Below, in pieces: positions 39,199 through 48,575 of a DNA stretch of 64,000 nucleotides. The DNA comes from Candidatus Bathyarchaeota archaeon (GTDB lineage Archaea > Thermoproteota > Bathyarchaeia > Bathyarchaeales > Bathycorpusculaceae). The notes below the pieces were generated by a model, which was not told the origin of the DNA, did not search any database, and saw only the letters and a program-made list of their open reading frames with translations. Location: contig CAWGZR010000010.1 in assembly GCA_963827165.1 (NCBI GenBank), positions 96,001 to 160,000 of the forward strand, written 5' to 3'. The translations under genes were made by a program, and so were the position numbers. The stretch's first letter is position 1, and every line of letters begins with the position of its first letter.

Positions 39199-39702
39199 AT
39201 GGTCAAAATTCACGAAAGAAAATTCGTTTCAGTTGACCCCGAAAAATGTGTAGGCTGCCAAATCTGCGAGTACGCCTGCTCATTCACCAAAGAGAAAGCG
39301 TTTAACCCGCTCAAGTCACGCATACGTGTTGTCCGTGTTAACCAAGTCGCCAACATGTCAGTAACCTGCAGGCTATGTGAAGACCCAGCGTGCGTAGCAG
39401 CTTGCCCAAGGGATGCACTTTCACAATCAGCCGACACTGGAAACATTGTTCTTGACAAAGACAAATGCAACGGTTGCGGATGGTGCATCGAAGCTTGTGA
39501 CTACGGAGCAATCATGCTGCATCCCGAAACCAAAGTCGTTTACGTCTGCGACCTTTGCAAAGACAAAGCCGATGGACCCCAATGCGTCAAATGGTGCCCT
39601 GAAGAAGCATTAACCTTAGTAACAAGCGACGTGCTGGCTCAGAAAGCAAGAATTAGCGCAATAAAGAAGCTATTCCAAGAACCACAAGAAAAAATAAGTT
39701 AA
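39199..39702 (+). CDS. 4x[4Fe-4S] DmsB-like electron-transfer subunit of AOR
   Basis: CVGCQICEYAC, CRLCEDPACVAACP, CNGCGWCIEAC and CDLC..CVKWCP; 2 bp after the aor stop. Confidence 0.92.
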   Translation: MVKIHERKFVSVDPEKCVGCQICEYACSFTKEKAFNPLKSRIRVVRVNQVANMSVTCRLCEDPACVAACPRDALSQSADTGNIVLDKDKCNGCGWCIEACDYGAIMLHPETKVVYVCDLCKDKADGPQCVKWCPEEALTLVTSDVLAQKARISAIKKLFQEPQEKIS

Positions 39703-39847
39703 GAGGAAAAGGGCGAAAAGCCCTTTCGCTTAATTTTTGCCATTTCTTTTCGTCCATATGGTCTTCTTTGCAGTGTTCTTCGTAGTCCTCTTTAGAATCT
39801 CATTCCATGTTGTCTTTGGGGCATTTCAATTTGCCTTCAGAGTTAAA

Positions 39848-40438
39848 CTAGCTGGATTGAACGCTGTCTCTTCCCGCTTGGAACGCTTTTAGGTTGACGT
39901 TGATGTATTTTTCTTTTAGTCTGCCTGCGATTGCTTGCTTAAAAGACTCTGCTTTAACGGGAACTTTTGGAAGCGCTGAGAGCGCCCCTAGCAGAATAGT
40001 GTTAACAACCAGCATGTTCCCAAGCTTAGACGCTATGCCTTGCCCATCAACTTCATGCACAGTCGCCTTGTCCCTTAGAATTTGAATCAGTTCATTAGCA
40101 TTCTTAGGTTTAACACCTAAACCTGCGATACATGGCTGAATGTACTTCATATTGACAACTACATCGCCGCTTCTCCTAAGCATGGGCAACGCTCGAGCAG
40201 CCTCAAGAACCTCAAAACCCAGGAGAACATCGGCTTTTCCAGTTTCAATCAGCGGCGACTCCACCTTATCACCCATCCTCGCATAAGCCACAATTGAGCC
40301 TCCACGCTGAGCCATACCGTGAATTTCAGCCTTCGCCACATCAAAGCCTTCCAAAATCGCGGCTTCACAGAAAATATCGCTTAAAACCACAACGCCTTGC
40401 CCGCCTACTCCGCTAAAAACCGTGTCAAGATTTTTCAT
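39848..40438 (-). CDS. iorB: Indolepyruvate:ferredoxin oxidoreductase beta subunit
   Basis: SGVGGQG, EIHGMAQRGGS and N..AF..G. Confidence 0.93.
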   Translation of the reverse strand: MKNLDTVFSGVGGQGVVVLSDIFCEAAILEGFDVAKAEIHGMAQRGGSIVAYARMGDKVESPLIETGKADVLLGFEVLEAARALPMLRRSGDVVVNMKYIQPCIAGLGVKPKNANELIQILRDKATVHEVDGQGIASKLGNMLVVNTILLGALSALPKVPVKAESFKQAIAGRLKEKYINVNLKAFQAGRDSVQSS

Positions 40439-42627
40439 CAATCCTTCCTCCTGACAGCTTTGAATGGACAGATGACCTCACATACACCGCATCCACTACA
40501 AAGCGACGCGTCGACTTCGACTTTGCCGTTTACCTTATAGATGGCTGGGCAACCGAAGGCTTTTGTACAGACCTCGCAGTCATTGCATTTCTCTGTGACC
40601 TCCATGGGCTTGCCACGTTCAACCAGAAGCGGGCAAGCTCTTTGTGAGATAATAACTGATGGACCGTTGTGATCAATGATTTTCCTCAAGGCAGAAATTG
40701 TGCCCTCGATGTCGTACGGGTCAACCACAGCGATTTTGTCTATTCCAAGACCCTTTGCGATGTCCATGAGCTTTAATATTTTTGTGTCTGTACCCATCGC
40801 CGTTTTACCTGAGCCTGGCGTCGGCTGATGACCAGTCATCGCAACCGTGCTGTTATCCAAAATGACCACGCACACGTTCGCCCGGTTATAAACGATATTT
40901 AGAAGCCCTGGCATTCCCCCGTGGAAAAACGTAGAGTCACCAATAACCGAAAACACCTTATCTTTCACGCCAGCATGAACCATCCCCGCAGCCTGCGAAA
41001 TCCCCGCGCCCATGCAAAGACACGATTGAACCGCGTTTATGGGCGGCAAAACACCTAATGTGTAGCAGCCGATGTCGCCTGTCACGATTTTATCATCCGA
41101 TTTTCCTGATAAACTCAAGGCACCTTCGGGGCAGAAGGATACGCATTTAGGTTCCCCGTCGCACGTGTCACAAATCAATGCTTTACCCGTTCGCGGATGC
41201 AAAGTTACCGCACCGGATTTGCACGCTTCTATGCACCAGTCGCAGCCTTTGCATTTATCCTCGTCGACAAGGATGGCTCCAGTTTGGGTTGACCGCTTCA
41301 ACGCTTTTTCTGGGCAAGCGCTGATACATGGGGCTTCAATGCAAATTTTGCAGGTTATCGCCGTGTTGAATGTTTGACCAAGCCTAACTGAGCGAATCCG
41401 CGATTTAAGCGGATTGAAAACGCCCTCTTTCTCAAAAGAGCAAACGTACTCGCAGATGCTGCATCCGACGCATTTGTCGTTGTCGCAGCTGACATGCTGA
41501 TTCACCATATTCAAGGCGTAATAAAACGCTCTGTGGGGACAGCCTGGGCAAAGAGTCGGAGGTCTAGGCTGCAAATCCAAAATGTCTGGGACCTCAGCTT
41601 TATCGGTTAGTTTTAGACTTGAGAGAGCTTCACGTACACTATCAGGTGTTAGCTCTCCGATTTCCTCAAGTTCCAATTGACCTTTCCCGTTAACAGGCAG
41701 GCCCAGCCGCAAGATGTTATCCTCGAGATAGGGGCGTAGCTCCTCGATCACTATGAGTTTTTTAACTTTTACTGCGAATCTTTGGACGATCTCATGTGGA
41801 AAAGGATGGACAAAACCTAGCTTCAACCAAGAAAACTTTTTCGTATCAAGCACTGAACGCGCGTAATAGTATCCTACGCCGCTTCCTATGATTCCGATGT
41901 CGCATCCATTGTCTTCGATGTAATTGAATTTTGAATGGTTGACAAGAGCTTTTGCCTCCGCCATCTTAACCTCTAAAACTCTATGCTGTCGAATGGCGTT
42001 TGAAGGAACCATCACCCATTTTGATCCTTTCTTATCAAAATCCGGTTTCCTACGCAAGACGTGCATTCGACCAAGTTTCACTCGAGCCTTCCCGTGGGCA
42101 ACCCGCGTTGTCAAACGCAGAATGATTGGCAAATGCAGCCGCTCACTTAGTTCAAACGCTTCCCTAGCCATGTCTAGGGCTTCCTGTGGGTTGCCAGCAT
42201 CTAGCAAAGGCAGCTTTGAATGAACCGCAAAGTATCGTGTGTCCTGTTCGTTTTGGCTGCTATGCAAAGCCGGATCGTCACAGACAGCAATCACCATTCC
42301 GCCCTCAATGCCCGTGTAAGCCAAAGTCATAGCGGCATCCGCGGCAACGTTCAGGCCAACATGCTTCATAGAAACAATTGAGCGAACCCCTGTCATCGAA
42401 GCGCCTGCAGCTACTTCAGCGGCTACAATTTCGTTTATGCTCCATTCAGCATAAATGCCAAACTCTTTGGAGACTTCAGCAAGGGTTTCCAAAATCTCGG
42501 TAGCTGGTGTTCCAGGATAAGAAGCCGCGACCTTAACGCCGGCTTCGACGGCACCTCTCGCGACTGCTTCATCGCCGTTAAGCAATGCAAAACTGCCTGG
42601 CTTATCTGCAGCAATTTTGGAAGTCAT
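40438..42627 (-). CDS. iorA: Indolepyruvate:ferredoxin oxidoreductase alpha subunit with an inserted Fe-S domain
   Basis: YPGTPATEI, MKHVGLNVA, SSQNEQD, RPPTLCPGCPHR, GDIGCYTLG, GDSTFFH and C-terminal ferredoxin. About 129 extra residues lie at 41107-41493. Confidence 0.95.
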   Translation of the reverse strand: MTSKIAADKPGSFALLNGDEAVARGAVEAGVKVAASYPGTPATEILETLAEVSKEFGIYAEWSINEIVAAEVAAGASMTGVRSIVSMKHVGLNVAADAAMTLAYTGIEGGMVIAVCDDPALHSSQNEQDTRYFAVHSKLPLLDAGNPQEALDMAREAFELSERLHLPIILRLTTRVAHGKARVKLGRMHVLRRKPDFDKKGSKWVMVPSNAIRQHRVLEVKMAEAKALVNHSKFNYIEDNGCDIGIIGSGVGYYYARSVLDTKKFSWLKLGFVHPFPHEIVQRFAVKVKKLIVIEELRPYLEDNILRLGLPVNGKGQLELEEIGELTPDSVREALSSLKLTDKAEVPDILDLQPRPPTLCPGCPHRAFYYALNMVNQHVSCDNDKCVGCSICEYVCSFEKEGVFNPLKSRIRSVRLGQTFNTAITCKICIEAPCISACPEKALKRSTQTGAILVDEDKCKGCDWCIEACKSGAVTLHPRTGKALICDTCDGEPKCVSFCPEGALSLSGKSDDKIVTGDIGCYTLGVLPPINAVQSCLCMGAGISQAAGMVHAGVKDKVFSVIGDSTFFHGGMPGLLNIVYNRANVCVVILDNSTVAMTGHQPTPGSGKTAMGTDTKILKLMDIAKGLGIDKIAVVDPYDIEGTISALRKIIDHNGPSVIISQRACPLLVERGKPMEVTEKCNDCEVCTKAFGCPAIYKVNGKVEVDASLCSGCGVCEVICPFKAVRRKD

Positions 42628-42640
42628 TAGGTTTAGTCCT

Positions 42641-43960
42641 TTACATTTTGCCTCTGCGTAAATCCAGAACTCTTTTCGCTTTTCCCTCAGTTCGCGGAAG
42701 TTCACCCGGTTTCACGATTTCCACGTCGGCTGAGATGCCGGTTACGATATGAATTTGTTTTTGGATACCGCTCTTTAACGCGTTCACATCTACATGTGGG
42801 TCTTTGGCTGCTTTATCGGATAATTCCACTTTAACGACAAAAGTGTCCAAGGCGCCCGGTCTATCGATGACAATCAAATATTGAGTTGCAAGCTCGGAGA
42901 AGCACATCACCGCGTACTCGATTTGCGACGGGAACACGTTTACTCCCCGGATAATCAACATGTCATCTGACCTACCATGAACTCGCATCATTCTTGCGTG
43001 AGTGCGTCCGCAAACGCACATTTCAGTCTCTATTTTTGAGATGTCACGGGTCCTGTACCTCAACATAGGAAGCCCCATCTTGGTTAAGCCGGTGAAAACA
43101 AGTTCTCCTTCTTCGCCTGGAGTTAGAACCTCGCCAGTATCAGAATCAATCGTTTCCACGATGAAATGGTCCTCCCAAATGTGAAGCCCTTTATGTTCAG
43201 GGCACTCGATTGCGACTCCTGGACCGCAAAGCTCAGTTAACCCATAAATGTCAAAAGCTTTAATCCCTAAGTCGCTCTCTATTCGTTCTCGAAGCTTGTC
43301 CGACCAAGGTTCAGCCCCGAAAATCCCAAGCCTTAGCTTAAGGTCTTTTCTGGGGGCAACGCCTTCCTGAGCCATCGTTTCAGCCAAATAAACTGCGAAG
43401 CTCGGGGTACAGGCCAAAATGGTCACACCAAGGTCCTTCATGAGTTTGATTTGGCGCTGGGTCATGCCGCCGCTTGCTGGAACGATTTTTGCTCCGACTT
43501 TTTGAGCGCCGTAGTGGACGCCTAAACCGCCTGTGAATAAGCCGTAGCCGTAGGCGATATGTATGGTGTCTTGGCGTCGTCCTCCTGCGGTGTAGATGGA
43601 TCTTGCCATTAGTTCTTGCCAAACATCCATGTCGCCTCTGGTGTATGCGCCGACGATTGGATTGCCTGTTGTGCCGCTGGAGGCGTGGATTTCCACAATT
43701 TCATCGGGTTTAACGGCGACCATTCCGAAGGGGTAGTTGTCTTTCAGGTCGTTTTTTAAAGTGAAAGGGATTTTTTTGAGATCATCAAGTGAACGTATGC
43801 TTTCGGGTTTGAAACCTGCGCCGTCAAGTCTTTTCCTGTAAAAAGAGCTGTGTTCGTAGCAGTGCTTCACAAGCTCGTTAAGCTGTTTGAGCTGAAGTTG
43901 CTTTATTTCTTGAGCAGGCATGGTTTCGACTTTTTTGTTCCAGTATGTTCCGTCAACCAT
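42641..43960 (-). CDS. paaK: Phenylacetate-CoA ligase
   Basis: HASSGTTGNP, YGYGLFTGGLG, YGLTE, RYRTRD and GRSDDMLIIRGVNVFPSQIE. Confidence 0.95.
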   Translation of the reverse strand: MVDGTYWNKKVETMPAQEIKQLQLKQLNELVKHCYEHSSFYRKRLDGAGFKPESIRSLDDLKKIPFTLKNDLKDNYPFGMVAVKPDEIVEIHASSGTTGNPIVGAYTRGDMDVWQELMARSIYTAGGRRQDTIHIAYGYGLFTGGLGVHYGAQKVGAKIVPASGGMTQRQIKLMKDLGVTILACTPSFAVYLAETMAQEGVAPRKDLKLRLGIFGAEPWSDKLRERIESDLGIKAFDIYGLTELCGPGVAIECPEHKGLHIWEDHFIVETIDSDTGEVLTPGEEGELVFTGLTKMGLPMLRYRTRDISKIETEMCVCGRTHARMMRVHGRSDDMLIIRGVNVFPSQIEYAVMCFSELATQYLIVIDRPGALDTFVVKVELSDKAAKDPHVDVNALKSGIQKQIHIVTGISADVEIVKPGELPRTEGKAKRVLDLRRGKM

Positions 43961-44119
43961 TCTTGTACCCCTCTTTCTAAGTCCTCAGATTACAAACATT
44001 TATGCGACTATTAGATAAAAGTTCCCCACTTCCGCATAGCGTAAGATTCTTTCGCACAATTGAAAAATCAACGTCATTCCTAAGCTAAAGAACAAAAAAT
44101 CGACACTTCCGCATGGACG

Positions 44120-44773
44120 CTAAACACGGTAAAATTTGCGTTTTATGAGTTTGTACTGCCGCTGCAAAGTAAACATGAGTGGGATCGACTGTCCACAAGG
44201 TGAACAGTTTCCCTTCACAATAGCTTCGACAATGGCATCAACTGTGGGTTCAGAATTGATTGCCGTGTAGCCGTAACCTATTGTTGGTCCATAATGCGCG
44301 TCGGTCCCTCCAGTTTGGGGCATGTTAAGTTTCTGCGCTACTTGCGTTGCCTTTCGTTTGCAACGACCAAACGGGAAAGCGTTGGCATTTAAAGTTTCTA
44401 CTGCGTCAAATTTCGCATCTTTCACATGGCTTGCCAAGCTGCCCTTAAACCAAGCATAGGGATGAACAGCAATAGCTATTCCGCCAGCCGCGTGGATTTT
44501 ATCAACGGTTTCCCCCGCGCTCAATCCCCGGGGGATCAACTCTTTAACGTTTAACGCAACTATGTGACCGTCTCCGCTAGAAACTTCCATGCCTGGAATG
44601 ACCAGAAAATCCGTTTCTTTAGCTATTTTCCAACTGCCATCAACCTGGTTATGGTCGGTGACTGCGACGGCCGTCAAACCTCGTTTTTTGGCGTAATAAA
44701 CGAGGTCTTTGGGAGTTATGAGCGAATCCCTTGAATAATTGCTGTGAACATGAAGATCAGCGTTGATTTGCAT
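44120..44773 (-). CDS. PHP-domain metallophosphoesterase
   Basis: DLHVHS, VTDHN, GMEVS, HPY and GGTDAH. Confidence 0.9.
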   Translation of the reverse strand: MQINADLHVHSNYSRDSLITPKDLVYYAKKRGLTAVAVTDHNQVDGSWKIAKETDFLVIPGMEVSSGDGHIVALNVKELIPRGLSAGETVDKIHAAGGIAIAVHPYAWFKGSLASHVKDAKFDAVETLNANAFPFGRCKRKATQVAQKLNMPQTGGTDAHYGPTIGYGYTAINSEPTVDAIVEAIVKGNCSPCGQSIPLMFTLQRQYKLIKRKFYRV

Positions 44774-44787
44774 GGGTTATCCCTGCT

Positions 44788-46488
44788 TTATTTTGGCTGA
44801 TTCGGCTGTTTCTTCCTGATCTCAGATAATTGTTCGTCCAGTTTGACTTCGTCAGCTTCGATCTTGTGGAATAAGGGTTTAGGCTTGGATATTTTGTGCC
44901 CAGCTTCAATTGGATTTAGGGCTTCAGTCCAACTTGCCTTTTGGATGTTTCCCGGGAGGTTGAGTGTTTGCCAGAGTTGTTCTGCAATTTCAGGGATGAA
45001 AGGCGCTGAAACAACGGTTGCAGCCTTGACGACTTGGGCGGCAACGTAAAAGATTGTTCCTGCTTTTTCTTTGTCGGTTTTCATCAGGTTCCACGGTTCC
45101 TTGTCGTTGAGATACTGGTTCCCTACTCTGCTTATTGAGATCAACGTGTTTGCAGAGGAAAGAAGTTTTGAGGTTTCGATTTCTCGGGCGGCCGCTTCCA
45201 CTTTTTCTTTGATTGCCTGAAGTATCGCCTCATCATCTTTGTCAAGTTTTGTGGGTTCTGGGATGGTGGAGTCGAATTTTGAGGCTATGAAGCTTAGAGT
45301 TCTGTGGATGAAGTTGCCGAAGGTATCATTAAGGTCTGCGTTGATTTTGTCGATGAAGGCGCTCCATGTGAAGTTAGTGTCTTTGCTTTCGGGTCTTGTC
45401 GCGATGAGGAAAAAGCGCCAGTAATCCGCTGGGAACATGTCTAGTGCTTCATCTATCCAGATGCCGACGCGTTGGCTTTTTGAGGCCTTCTGCCCCTTAA
45501 ACTGGAGGAACTCCGTGGCGGAAACGTTCCATGGCAAGTTGTAGCCTTCGCCTGAAGCCAAAAGCAATGCGGGAAGGATTATTGTGTGGAATGGGATGTT
45601 GTCTTTTCCGACGAAGTACAGGGTTTTGGCCTGTTTGTCGAACCAGAATTCTCGCCACTTCTCCGGCTGCCCCATCCGCTGGCACTGCTCGATTGTGGCT
45701 GAAATGTAACCCAAGACCGCGTCGACCCAAACGTAGATTGTTTTGCCCTCAGCCCCTGCAAAAGGCGCCGGTATTCCCCATTCAACGTCTCGGGTGACTG
45801 CTCTAGGTTTTAAGCCTTCACGTATCCAGTTTAAACTAAAGGTTTTGACGTTGCTTGGAAGCTGCTGGTTGCCTCGAAGGTACTCTGAGAGAGGTTCGGA
45901 AAGTTTTGAGAGATCAATATACCAGTGCCGCGTGGTTTTAACCGTTGGCTTATTCTTGCAGATAACGCAGTACGGTTCAATGAGTGCCGTTGGCTCAAGC
46001 AGCCTGCCGCACATGTCGCATTGGTCGCCACGGGCTTTTTCGCAGCCGCAGTACGGACATTTGCCTTCGACAAAGCGGTCAGGCAAGAACCGCTGGTCAT
46101 GCTCGCAGTAAAGCATTTGGGTTTCCTGCTCGAAGATGTACCCGTTTTTTTGGATTTCAAGCAGTGTTTTCTGGACGAACTGTCGGTGTATTGTGCTTTC
46201 TGTGCTTGTGTAATTGTCAAATGAGGCTTCCCATCGATTAAAGAGCTCTGCGACGCGGGCGTGGTTGCGATCGGTTAACTCTTTAGGCGTGATGCCTTGT
46301 TTTATAGCTTCAACCTCTATGGGCGTGCCGTGTGTGTCTGAACCGCTAACCATCAAAACGTCGTCGCCTTTCAACCGATAATAGCGTGCTGTGACATCAG
46401 CGGATAGGACTGAGCCTACGAGGTTACCCAAATGCGGCGTCACATTGATGTATGGCCAAGCGGAGGTAACTAAAACTTTTTCAGGCAA
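44788..46488 (-). CDS. metG: Methionyl-tRNA synthetase (no C-terminal OB domain)
   Basis: TSAWPY..HLGN, Zn knuckles, YVWVDA, GKDNIPFH and KASKS. Confidence 0.97.
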   Translation of the reverse strand: MPEKVLVTSAWPYINVTPHLGNLVGSVLSADVTARYYRLKGDDVLMVSGSDTHGTPIEVEAIKQGITPKELTDRNHARVAELFNRWEASFDNYTSTESTIHRQFVQKTLLEIQKNGYIFEQETQMLYCEHDQRFLPDRFVEGKCPYCGCEKARGDQCDMCGRLLEPTALIEPYCVICKNKPTVKTTRHWYIDLSKLSEPLSEYLRGNQQLPSNVKTFSLNWIREGLKPRAVTRDVEWGIPAPFAGAEGKTIYVWVDAVLGYISATIEQCQRMGQPEKWREFWFDKQAKTLYFVGKDNIPFHTIILPALLLASGEGYNLPWNVSATEFLQFKGQKASKSQRVGIWIDEALDMFPADYWRFFLIATRPESKDTNFTWSAFIDKINADLNDTFGNFIHRTLSFIASKFDSTIPEPTKLDKDDEAILQAIKEKVEAAAREIETSKLLSSANTLISISRVGNQYLNDKEPWNLMKTDKEKAGTIFYVAAQVVKAATVVSAPFIPEIAEQLWQTLNLPGNIQKASWTEALNPIEAGHKISKPKPLFHKIEADEVKLDEQLSEIRKKQPNQPK

Positions 46489-46732
46489 ACGTGATCATCA
46501 CAAACCGTTTGGTACCGCCCTTATTTAAAATTACTAAGCCACAAAAGTGAGGTCAGGCTACAGCAAACTGAAGAATTTGTTTGTGAATCAACAACTCTAA
46601 GCTGACCATGTAGATTTGCTTTTGCGCGATCATACAGTCCTCTTTTTCGGGGATTTTCGCTTTTGCGGAATAACTAATGTTACGCCGAAGCCAGCTAAAG
46701 ATTCATCACGGACTTTTAAGGGGCAAATGTTC

Positions 46733-47113
46733 TCATTGAAGACGTGCTCCCGTTGATACGAACGGGGCAACTTGCATTCCGATGCTGTTGTCTGTTGACA
46801 GGTTTTTGCAGATGAAGTTGAATGAGTTTTCTGTGAAGTTCAAAACATTTTTGCCTTCTTTGGTAAGACCGTAAATTTTGCGTGGCCTTTCAGAAGTCAT
46901 GTTCCAAGCGCTCTTCACGTAGCCTTTTTTCTCAAGAAGTGCTAGTAGTGGGTAAACGGTGCTGGGTCCGAAATAGACGGCGTAGTTTTTGCGGATTTTA
47001 GTGATGATTTGGTATCCATGCATTGATTCTTTGTCTAGGTACCGAAGGACAATCATGTCTAGGAGTCCTTTCGTGAGTTTTGTTTGGGTTTCTTTTTGGT
47101 AATTGTTGATCAT
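46733..47113 (-). CDS. PadR family regulator
   Basis: MHGYQII, GPSTVYPLL..LEKKG and RKIYGLT. Confidence 0.9.
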   Translation of the reverse strand: MINNYQKETQTKLTKGLLDMIVLRYLDKESMHGYQIITKIRKNYAVYFGPSTVYPLLALLEKKGYVKSAWNMTSERPRKIYGLTKEGKNVLNFTENSFNFICKNLSTDNSIGMQVAPFVSTGARLQ

Positions 47114-47520
47114 TTTATTTTTTCTCTCCTGTTGATTTGTCGTACACATGTACGATATGTCTTTTCAAGACACATTTCTTATGTCTTCATAGTGGCTAAA
47201 CCGCCACATAAACCCTCGCACATAACCAAAACATATCAAAGCATACCCAAAACCCCAATTGTCCAACACAGCTACAAGTCAACATGTAAAAACAAACGGA
47301 AAAAAACGAAGCTCCAACACAAAAGTAGCCCAAACTCAACTGTACAGCAGAACAACAACTAACTTGATTTTCAGGATTATTCTGCAGGGAAAAATATGTC
47401 GAACGCCAAAAATTACGCGCCACAGAACGTGTCGGCGACACAAATATACCAAGAAATCAACTTGCAACACAAGGTTTTATTTAGAATACCTCATATTAGC
47501 TCGGTTTATAGGCGACTCGC

Positions 47521-47883
47521 ATGAGAGGAAATGACCATTTTGCCGATGCGTTAGGAATCCAATTAATTGAAGCTAGAGATGGACATGCCAAAGTATCGAT
47601 GAAAGTTGAAAAAAACCACACCAACGCCCTCGGGTTCACTCATGGCGGCGCAATCTTCTCATTGGCAGACTACGCCTTCGCACACGCATGTAACTTTGGC
47701 GACAACGTCGCGGTGGCAGTCCAAGTAAGCATCAACTTTCTAAAGCCATCCGTCGAAGGGGATGTCTTAGTGGCTGAGGCAGAACGGGTTTCAGATGGAA
47801 AAACAACAGGCCTATACCAAGTCACGGTTAAGAACGAAGCGAAAATGGTTGCCTTCTTCACAGGTTTAGCGTTTAAAAAATAA
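47521..47883 (+). CDS. PaaI-family hotdog thioesterase
   Basis: N..G.THGGAIFSLAD and SINFLKP. Confidence 0.9.
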   Translation: MRGNDHFADALGIQLIEARDGHAKVSMKVEKNHTNALGFTHGGAIFSLADYAFAHACNFGDNVAVAVQVSINFLKPSVEGDVLVAEAERVSDGKTTGLYQVTVKNEAKMVAFFTGLAFKK

Positions 47884-47953
47884 CCTGTCCTAAAATGCAA
47901 ATAGCTTGTTCTAAAATGTAGAATTAATAGTGGCGCGGCAATCTTTCAATTTT

Positions 47954-48529
47954 ATGAACCCAAAGAAGAGACTCGCTATCGGTTTAGTTTCCATATTCGT
48001 TTTATCAGTTTTCACTTTGATTTTTGTCTTTGACGTGAGCATAAATCGCGACGCCAGGGCTCACGAGCTTGCCGGCAATCCTCAAATTGATGCGTCATGG
48101 GTTACAAGCCTCAACCAAACGGTCAGCAACGCTTCTCCTTACCCCAATGACTCCGAAACCAGCAACCCCAACGTTTTGATTTCGTACTGCAGAACCTATC
48201 TTTACGAAAACGGATCATCAGAGCTGCTTGAGTTCGGCGACGCCTACAACAACGCGACAAACCCGATCAGCACAACGCTGAATAGTCTCTTACTCAAAGC
48301 CAACTTGCGGCTCAACATTTCATTGACGAGTGGATTCGTCAGCAGCGTCTTGGCAAATGATAAGTTGGCTGCCATCATCTATCGGGATTCTACACTGGAA
48401 TTCGGAGGGCAGCAGAGATTCTACAGCGGCTATTTCGTGTTGCAAGACAATTCAAATCAGAATTTAGCGGGAACAATCATAACCTTGGACGTTAACGGTA
48501 CCTACAGTCTCTGGGCAATATCCAAATAG
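47954..48529 (+). CDS. Hypothetical secreted/membrane-anchored protein
   Basis: N-terminal basic residues plus TM; N-glycosylation sequons. Confidence 0.65.
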   Translation: MNPKKRLAIGLVSIFVLSVFTLIFVFDVSINRDARAHELAGNPQIDASWVTSLNQTVSNASPYPNDSETSNPNVLISYCRTYLYENGSSELLEFGDAYNNATNPISTTLNSLLLKANLRLNISLTSGFVSSVLANDKLAAIIYRDSTLEFGGQQRFYSGYFVLQDNSNQNLAGTIITLDVNGTYSLWAISK

Positions 48530-48575
48530 CGCTACGCTATTTTGCAGGGCACCTTGATGAGTTGTGGCCAATGCA

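Noticed and set aside
47140-47190. PadR operator (TCGTACA-CA-TGTACGA and TGTCTT/AAGACA repeats)
   Set aside because: Plausible, but the spacing does not match the ATGT-N8-ACAT type and the PadR start is uncertain.
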